A stretch of 20,000 bases of DNA from an uncultured virus (IMG/VR IMGVR_UViG_3300047547_000492) (lineage: Duplodnaviria > Heunggongvirae > Uroviricota > Caudoviricetes): the IMG/VR virus record IMGVR_UViG_3300047547_000492, one strand, 5' to 3'. This document shows positions 15,024-20,000 of the stretch, piece by piece (positions within the stretch are counted from its first letter, which is position 1; each line of letters starts with the position of its first letter). The notes beneath the pieces were generated by a model. It saw only the letters and a program-made list of their open reading frames with translations, was not told where the DNA came from and did not search any database. The position numbers were made by a program, and so were the translations under genes.

Positions 15024-16031
15024 ATGCAGCGATCCTCATCGTCCGTGGTGTTCCTCCTCGCCCCGACCCTCGCCCTTGCCTTGACCGTCGAGGCTCCGCT
15101 CGTCACGGTGGAGGCCGAGTACGGCTCCACGGTCGTCCGCGGCGCGCTCCACACGGCGGCGCACCACCAGGGGCCCGACCAGCCTGAGTTCCACGGCCGT
15201 CACGCCGGCGGGACCGCCCCCTCGCCGTGCTGCGACCCGGCCGTGCCGGTGCTCAGCGGCGCGTCGCTCTGCGATCGCCCCGTCGTACTCCTCTCCCACC
15301 TGGACCTCGACAGCGTAGGCGGAGCGCTCCGCACCCTCGCCGAGTTCCAGGACCTCTTCGCTTCGTCCCTCCAGTCGTTCTGGCGTCTCGTCGAGTTCGT
15401 CGACGTCAACGGCCCACACAAGCTCGTGGTCGACGACTCTCAGGTGGTCTTCACCCAGGTCAACGTCGACCGCATCCGCGCGTACTGGGCCTGGGCCCGC
15501 TCCCAACCCCGCCAGCCTCGCGACTCGGTGAGCGACGTCACTCAACAGGTCGTCGCCTCGGGGCTCGCCCTCAGGATGATCCTGGGCGGGGACGTGGACC
15601 TCCTCGAGTCCGGCCGCGCCGCCGAGCGTGAGCGCCGTGCCGTCAACGTGGAGACGTTCCACTCGTTCCGCATCGTCGGGAGCGTCGGGCTGCGCCGGGT
15701 CGCCGACGCCAAGGCGTTCGTCAACGACCTGTACGTCGCCCCGCACGGCACGCCCCTCCGCGCCGTCGTGACGCTCAACGACGCCACGGGCGCCGTGACC
15801 CTCAGCCTCGCCGACGCCATTCCCGGCGTCTCGTGCCGCGCCGTCGCCCAGGCCCTGTGGGGGTCCGAGGCCGGCGGGCACGACGGGATCGCCGGATCGC
15901 CGCGCGGGAGTCGGATGACCCACGACGACTGGTTCGACGCGGCCAATGCGCTGGGCGACGCCGTCGAGTCGGCGCTCAACCAGGCCCGGCACCCGCCGTT
16001 GACCCCCAGGCTCATCGACCCGTCCGCCTGA
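15024..16031 (+). CDS. DHH-like phosphoesterase with a DHHA1-type C-terminal GGH motif
   Basis: AGGAG RBS before ATG 15024; motifs TVEAEYG, AAHH, SHLDLDSVGG, FVDVNGPH and AGGHDGIAGSPRG. Confidence 0.65.
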   Translation: MQRSSSSVVFLLAPTLALALTVEAPLVTVEAEYGSTVVRGALHTAAHHQGPDQPEFHGRHAGGTAPSPCCDPAVPVLSGASLCDRPVVLLSHLDLDSVGGALRTLAEFQDLFASSLQSFWRLVEFVDVNGPHKLVVDDSQVVFTQVNVDRIRAYWAWARSQPRQPRDSVSDVTQQVVASGLALRMILGGDVDLLESGRAAERERRAVNVETFHSFRIVGSVGLRRVADAKAFVNDLYVAPHGTPLRAVVTLNDATGAVTLSLADAIPGVSCRAVAQALWGSEAGGHDGIAGSPRGSRMTHDDWFDAANALGDAVESALNQARHPPLTPRLIDPSA

Positions 16032-16089
16032 CCCTCAACCCACCCTCAGCCCCTCGACCCCTCTGAGGGTCATCTGGGGCATCGAGATC
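16000..16089. repeat. ~90-bp direct repeat, copy 1
   Basis: 16007-16072 is identical to 16874-16939; the flanks match with a few substitutions. Confidence 0.95.
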
Positions 16090-16176
16090 CCCATCGTGAC
16101 GCTCAACCCCGCCTGAGCGTCACGCCGGCCTTTCATTCCTGAGAGTCGTCTCAATCGAGAGATCGAGGAGAACCCA

Positions 16177-16869
16177 GTGGAACGCTTCCGGAACTTCGTC
16201 GGCCGATCGATCGTGGACCGCCACGGCGTTCGGCTGCCAGACGAGGGCAACGCCAGGCCCTGTTGGACCGGCGTCGTCGAGGACCACGTCGGTCCGTCCT
16301 GGTCTCGTGACACCCACGCGCCGTGGGGTTTCACGGCCGTCGACCCGTCGCCCCAGCGCCTGCCGGACCCGGTGGAGGGCGTCTCGCTGATCGTCGAGCG
16401 CGACACGGCCCTCGCCGTCACGGTCTCCCAGCCGGACCGGCGCGACGTCTTCGCGGTGGAGCCGTCGAGGTTCCCCGGCCGCCTGGTCAGACACGTCAGG
16501 CGCCGGTCCGTCGTCCCCATCGGTCCGATGTGTCGGGAGATCTGCAACCTGACGCCCAACCCCCTGATCCTCAGGCCCAGGGGGGCCGCCCATCCCGTCG
16601 TCGTGCCGACGTCCGGTCCCACGCCGATGGTGCGCAAGGACGAGGACGGTCTGGTGTCTGACGAGTTCTCCGACGCCCTCGGCGTGCCCATCGCGCCTCG
16701 CGTCGCCGAGGTGGTCGGCCTGCCGCTCAGTCGAGACGGCGTCCTCGTCGCCGTGCCATGGCGGATCTGCGTCGCCATGGCCTTCTCCCATCCGAGACGT
16801 CGAGACCTCGTCACGCCCGTCGTGCACGACGGTGTCGTCGTCAGGTTCGTCTGCGCGCCGGCCCGGTGA
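16177..16869 (+). CDS. Hypothetical protein with a C-terminal NLTPH-type viral domain
   Basis: GAGGAG RBS. ICNLTPNPLIL...PTSG...VVGLP...GVLV...RRDLVTP resembles a common uncharacterised viral family (NLTPH.I...PSG...V.GLP...G...IVS...R.DL..P). Confidence 0.7.
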   Translation: MERFRNFVGRSIVDRHGVRLPDEGNARPCWTGVVEDHVGPSWSRDTHAPWGFTAVDPSPQRLPDPVEGVSLIVERDTALAVTVSQPDRRDVFAVEPSRFPGRLVRHVRRRSVVPIGPMCREICNLTPNPLILRPRGAAHPVVVPTSGPTPMVRKDEDGLVSDEFSDALGVPIAPRVAEVVGLPLSRDGVLVAVPWRICVAMAFSHPRRRDLVTPVVHDGVVVRFVCAPAR

Positions 16870-16956
16870 CCCTCAGGCTCATCGACCCGTCCGCCTGACC
16901 CTCAACCCACCCTCAGCCCCTCGACCCCTCTGAGGGTCACCCTGGGCATCGAGATC
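16867..16956. repeat. ~90-bp direct repeat, copy 2
   Basis: Matches 16000-16089 at an offset of 867 bp. Confidence 0.95.
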
Positions 16957-16979
16957 ACCCATTCTGAAGGAGAACGACC

Positions 16980-17819
16980 GTGGGATACAGCCTCAAACTC
17001 GTCGAGCTCACCGTCTTCCGCGACGGCCAGCCCATGGCGCCGACCTGGGAGGAGCTGGAGATGCTCCGTTCCACCGGCGCTCAGGCGGAGTCCATCCTTC
17101 ATGACCGCTTCGGTGACTGGATCACCGAGCTCCTGGACGTCTGGAGGTGGGCCTGCATGGTCGGTGAGCACGTCTGCGTTCAGCTCGAGGACTTCGAGGG
17201 CGCCGCCTACCGCCTTCACGCCGACCCGGAGCACACGACGGAGGTCATCCACCTGAAGACGTTCGAGTGGGACCGGCCGAGCTGGTTGGAGCCCGACGCT
17301 CAACCGCCCAGGACGATCAGGTCGGTGCTCAGCGTGGGTTCCGCCGCCGTCGGCGCGATGAGGTCGTTCATCGACCTGTGGGAGCATGACCCTCAGGGTC
17401 GACACGACGGATGGGAGGTGCAGCTGGTGGATTGCGACGTGGACGCAGAACCGCTGCGCTCCGACCGCCGCGAGGTCCACGCTTTCGCGACCTCCCACAA
17501 CATCGATCCGGAGCACAACTACGCCGCCTTCGAGGAAGCCTTCAAGTTGGCCTGGCGGTACTACGCCCGAGGCCGATGCGCGCACGCTGAGCTGAACGCC
17601 TTCCAGGACCACGACCTCAGGTGGTTCCTCGCGTTCAAGTGGGCCGAGGTCGAGCACGACTCCATGACCCTTAGATCCCTCGCGGAGCTCATGCTCGACG
17701 CTCCGACGTCGGTTTCGAGGCTGTCGATCGACGAGGTGCGGCGCCTGATCGTCGAGGAGCTGCACGATGGCGACGTGCCGGCGACGGTCGCGGCGATGAG
17801 GGTATTCCTGAGCGAGTGA
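16980..17819 (+). CDS. Hypothetical phage protein (279 aa); N-terminal domain paralogous to the next gene
   Basis: AAGGAG RBS; MGY start; DVWRWA...VCVQLEDFEGAAYRLHADP. Confidence 0.8.
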   Translation: MGYSLKLVELTVFRDGQPMAPTWEELEMLRSTGAQAESILHDRFGDWITELLDVWRWACMVGEHVCVQLEDFEGAAYRLHADPEHTTEVIHLKTFEWDRPSWLEPDAQPPRTIRSVLSVGSAAVGAMRSFIDLWEHDPQGRHDGWEVQLVDCDVDAEPLRSDRREVHAFATSHNIDPEHNYAAFEEAFKLAWRYYARGRCAHAELNAFQDHDLRWFLAFKWAEVEHDSMTLRSLAELMLDAPTSVSRLSIDEVRRLIVEELHDGDVPATVAAMRVFLSE

Positions 17820-17830
17820 TCCTCTGAAAT

Positions 17831-17852
17831 CGACCCGCCTATCGGCGGGTCG
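17831..17852 (+). terminator. Intergenic 9-bp GC hairpin
   Basis: CGACCCGCC-TATC-GGCGGGTCG between genes; no strong U tract. Confidence 0.4.
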
Positions 17853-17877
17853 CAACATTTCTGACCTGGAGAACGCC

Positions 17878-18501
17878 GTGGGATACGAGATGATGGTCGA
17901 GAGCCTGATGGTCTTCGACGATGACGACTGGCGCCGCGCCGACGCCGTGGAGCGAAGGTGCCTCGCCTCGATGAGTCGTGACGCCGACGGACTCGTCGGT
18001 GGGTGGCTGGCTCGATGGTCGTCCGTCGACGCCGACGTGTCCGGGTGGGCCGCGGCGTTGAACGCGCCTGTCTTCGTCGAGCTCCACGGTGAGGATGGTG
18101 CCGTGTGGCGCGTCTACTCCAGGCCCGGCGAGCCGGCGGCCGCGTCCAACAGAGTCGTCGAGTGGCCACCTCCGCCGTGGCAGCCCCAGCCGCTCAGGCT
18201 CGTCTCTCGAAGGGGCCACCAGCTGGCGATCCGGTTCAGGCCCAGCGTCGACACGATCACCGTCGAGCTGCACACCAGGTGGCGTGAACTTCACCTCGTC
18301 CATCCCGACGGCACCTTCGAGGAGATCGAGCTCGACCGGCTGGAGGGGCACAGGCACCCGAGCGAGCCGCTGTTTGGAGAGGACGGCTGCCCCAACCCCA
18401 GGATCGTGCAGCGGATGTGCGAGTCCAACCGATGGCTGCTCCAGGCGCTCGCGCGTGAGCTGATCGTCGGCCGGTGGAAGATCGACCTGACGAGCGATTG
18501 A
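17878..18501 (+). CDS. Hypothetical phage protein (207 aa); N-terminal domain paralogous to the previous gene
   Basis: GGAG RBS; MGY start; DVSGWA...VFVELHGEDGAVWRVYSRP. Confidence 0.8.
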   Translation: MGYEMMVESLMVFDDDDWRRADAVERRCLASMSRDADGLVGGWLARWSSVDADVSGWAAALNAPVFVELHGEDGAVWRVYSRPGEPAAASNRVVEWPPPPWQPQPLRLVSRRGHQLAIRFRPSVDTITVELHTRWRELHLVHPDGTFEEIELDRLEGHRHPSEPLFGEDGCPNPRIVQRMCESNRWLLQALARELIVGRWKIDLTSD

Positions 18502-18564
18502 CCCCATTCAGAGCTCCGATTTGACCTCAACCTCAATCTCAACCTTTCCAACGCGGAGAACGTC

Positions 18565-18768
18565 GTGGCGTACCTGACCGGCAATCCGAGGACGAAGAAG
18601 CAGGCGAAGGAGATGCTCGCCAGAGGCGAGACTGAGCCCTACCAGCCGGGGATCGGCGTGATCCCGCGGGACGGGACCGTCGCCCTCGAGGGGCCACACT
18701 ACCCAGAGGCTCATCGCTGGTACGCGAACGGCGTCATGAAGAACGGCGAACTCGTGAGGATCAGGTAG
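18565..18768 (+). CDS. Conserved small phage protein (67 aa)
   Basis: GGAG RBS; the TKK..KE...G...YQPG...LEGPHYPEAHRWYA pattern resembles small uncharacterised phage proteins. Confidence 0.8.
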   Translation: MAYLTGNPRTKKQAKEMLARGETEPYQPGIGVIPRDGTVALEGPHYPEAHRWYANGVMKNGELVRIR

Positions 18769-18781
18769 TCAATCCCTCAAC

Positions 18782-19201
18782 GTGATCAAGGAGCGACAGA
18801 TGTTCAGCGCTGAGTATTACGAGCCGTGGAGTTACCTGAAGTGCAGGGACTTCGACACCGAGGAGGAGATGGACGCGTGGGTCACCGTGCCCTCCGGCGT
18901 CACGGTGACCCAGAGCGGTCCTTCGGCCTGGGGCTGGGGCGTCGTCGTGCCGCATCGTCGCGATCGAGACGCCGTCAGGGCGTGCCTCGAGTCGTCCGGG
19001 AGGTGGTGGATCGCCGCCGAGGGTTCGCCCCAGGACGCGGTCGGCGACGAGCTGATGCTCGTCCTGTCGCTCAATCACCCCGAATCCCAGGAGGGGGCGA
19101 GGTTCGCCTCCGAGTCGGACGCCGAGGAGGCCGTCTGCCATCTGCACGGGGATGGGATCTTCGCCGGCTGCGTCGTGGCGAGGCATCGCGTCTGGCTGTG
19201 A
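18782..19201 (+). CDS. Hypothetical phage protein (~139 aa)
   Basis: ORF track; the true start may be ATG 18800 after AAGGAG. Confidence 0.65.
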   Translation: MIKERQMFSAEYYEPWSYLKCRDFDTEEEMDAWVTVPSGVTVTQSGPSAWGWGVVVPHRRDRDAVRACLESSGRWWIAAEGSPQDAVGDELMLVLSLNHPESQEGARFASESDAEEAVCHLHGDGIFAGCVVARHRVWL

Positions 19202-19315
19202 CGGCGGACGTCGGTCAGATGTGAGACGAAGCAGGCGACGGTGGTCAGGGCGGGCGGGCGGTGTCACGTTTGATCAGGCCCTCCTCCCCTCCATCCCCCT
19301 CAGGTTCGCCGGTTG

Positions 19316-19354
19316 AACGCCACCGGCGCTCGGACGCCGAGCGCCGGTGGCGTT
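19316..19354. repeat. Perfect 18-bp inverted repeat (hairpin with 3-nt loop)
   Basis: AACGCCACCGGCGCTCGG-ACG-CCGAGCGCCGGTGGCGTT. Confidence 0.9.
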
Positions 19355-19396
19355 GAGTCGACGACCCCACAGCACACCCAACGAGAGGATGATGAG

Positions 19397-20000
19397 ATGA
19401 AGTCCAACGCGAAGACGTGCGTAATCGGCGAGGCCTCCAGGGCCCTCGTCGCGTGTTCCGCCGGCCAGGGCGTTCCGGCCGTCTGTCAGGCGTACGGCGT
19501 GGTCGCCTCAGGGGATCCCATCGCCGACTGCGAGGCCGTGCTCAAGCAGCTCGGCGCCCTCGGTCAGGGACGACTGGCCGCCCTGTACGTCGAGATGACC
19601 CACGGCCAGGGTCGACCGGCCGACCCCAAGGAGCTCACCGGCGTGCTCGGGCAGGCGTTCCCTCGAGCGAACGTGGGCGAGCGCCACGGGCCGTACTACC
19701 TCAGCCTCGCGCGCACCGGCAAGCTCGACGGCCTGCCGAAGGGCATGAGGCCGCTGCCGTTCAGCCGTCGGGCCGCTCGTGGCGTGAGCGGCCCTGCCGA
19801 GCCTCAGCCGACGGTCACCGACGCCGTGCCGACGGTCACCGACGCCGTGCCGACGGTCACCGACGCCGTGCCGCCGGTCACCGACGCCGTGCCGACGGTC
19901 ACCGACGCCGTGCCGCCGACCCGACCCGAGCTCCAGGCCTGGCTGAAGGCCCGCGGCCTCAGCGCGGCCGGACGCAACGACGAGCTTCGCGCTCGGGCTG
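19397..20000 (+). CDS. RHGPxYLS family paralog 3 with a PTVTDAV repeat linker and a C-terminal SAP-like motif (runs off the window)
   Basis: Hand translation from ATG 19397 (GAGAGG RBS): MKSNAKTCVIG...LYVEMTHG...ELTGVLGQAFPRANVGERHGPYYLSLARTG...(PTVTDAV)x5-PPTRPELQAWLKARGLSAAGRNDELRARA. The last part matches the SAP pattern T..EL+..L+.RGL...G.+.EL..R. Confidence 0.85.
   Translation, partial: MKSNAKTCVIGEASRALVACSAGQGVPAVCQAYGVVASGDPIADCEAVLKQLGALGQGRLAALYVEMTHGQGRPADPKELTGVLGQAFPRANVGERHGPYYLSLARTGKLDGLPKGMRPLPFSRRAARGVSGPAEPQPTVTDAVPTVTDAVPTVTDAVPPVTDAVPTVTDAVPPTRPELQAWLKARGLSAAGRNDELRARA
19808..19912 (+). repeat. In-frame 21-bp tandem repeat x5 encoding P(T/P)VTDAV
   Basis: CCG(A/C)CGGTCACCGACGCCGTG at 19808, 19829, 19850, 19871 and 19892. 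Confidence 0.95.

Noticed and set aside
15036..17858. Long minus-strand ORFs (15036..15992, 16035..16814, 16902..17858)
   Set aside because: Antisense to well-supported plus-strand genes that have RBSs and family motifs.

Overview
High-GC (roughly 67%, estimated by eye) segment of a tailed bacteriophage or prophage. The TIGR02996-type gene hints at a Myxococcota or Planctomycetota host. Left part (1-5499, minus strand): a head module with an XkdG/HK97-like major capsid protein running off the window, a scaffold-like protein and an XkdF-like prohead protease. Upstream of these sit a winged-helix protein, a small protein, a degenerate cupin and a degenerate Pyr_excise-like protein. A cluster of tandem repeats (5592-5980) marks the strand switch. 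Right part (6470-20000, mostly plus strand): a long run of small early/accessory genes with several paralog families, a TIGR02996-LRR gene, a DHH-like phosphoesterase, a 135-bp perfect inverted repeat around an AT-rich spacer and a gene bracketed by ~90-bp direct repeats. Main finding: five copies (6849-8994) of a ~47-54 nt structured RNA motif, each just upstream of a ribosome-binding site. The copies show compensatory base changes and match the catalytic core of pistol self-cleaving ribozymes (AG-P2-UUAGG-pseudoknot-GCG-P3-GU-P2'), but lack the pistol P1 stem and AAA linker. This is a candidate minimal pistol-like ribozyme array that could cut the early polycistronic mRNA into gene-sized units. 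All protein family assignments come from motif recognition by eye, not from database searches.
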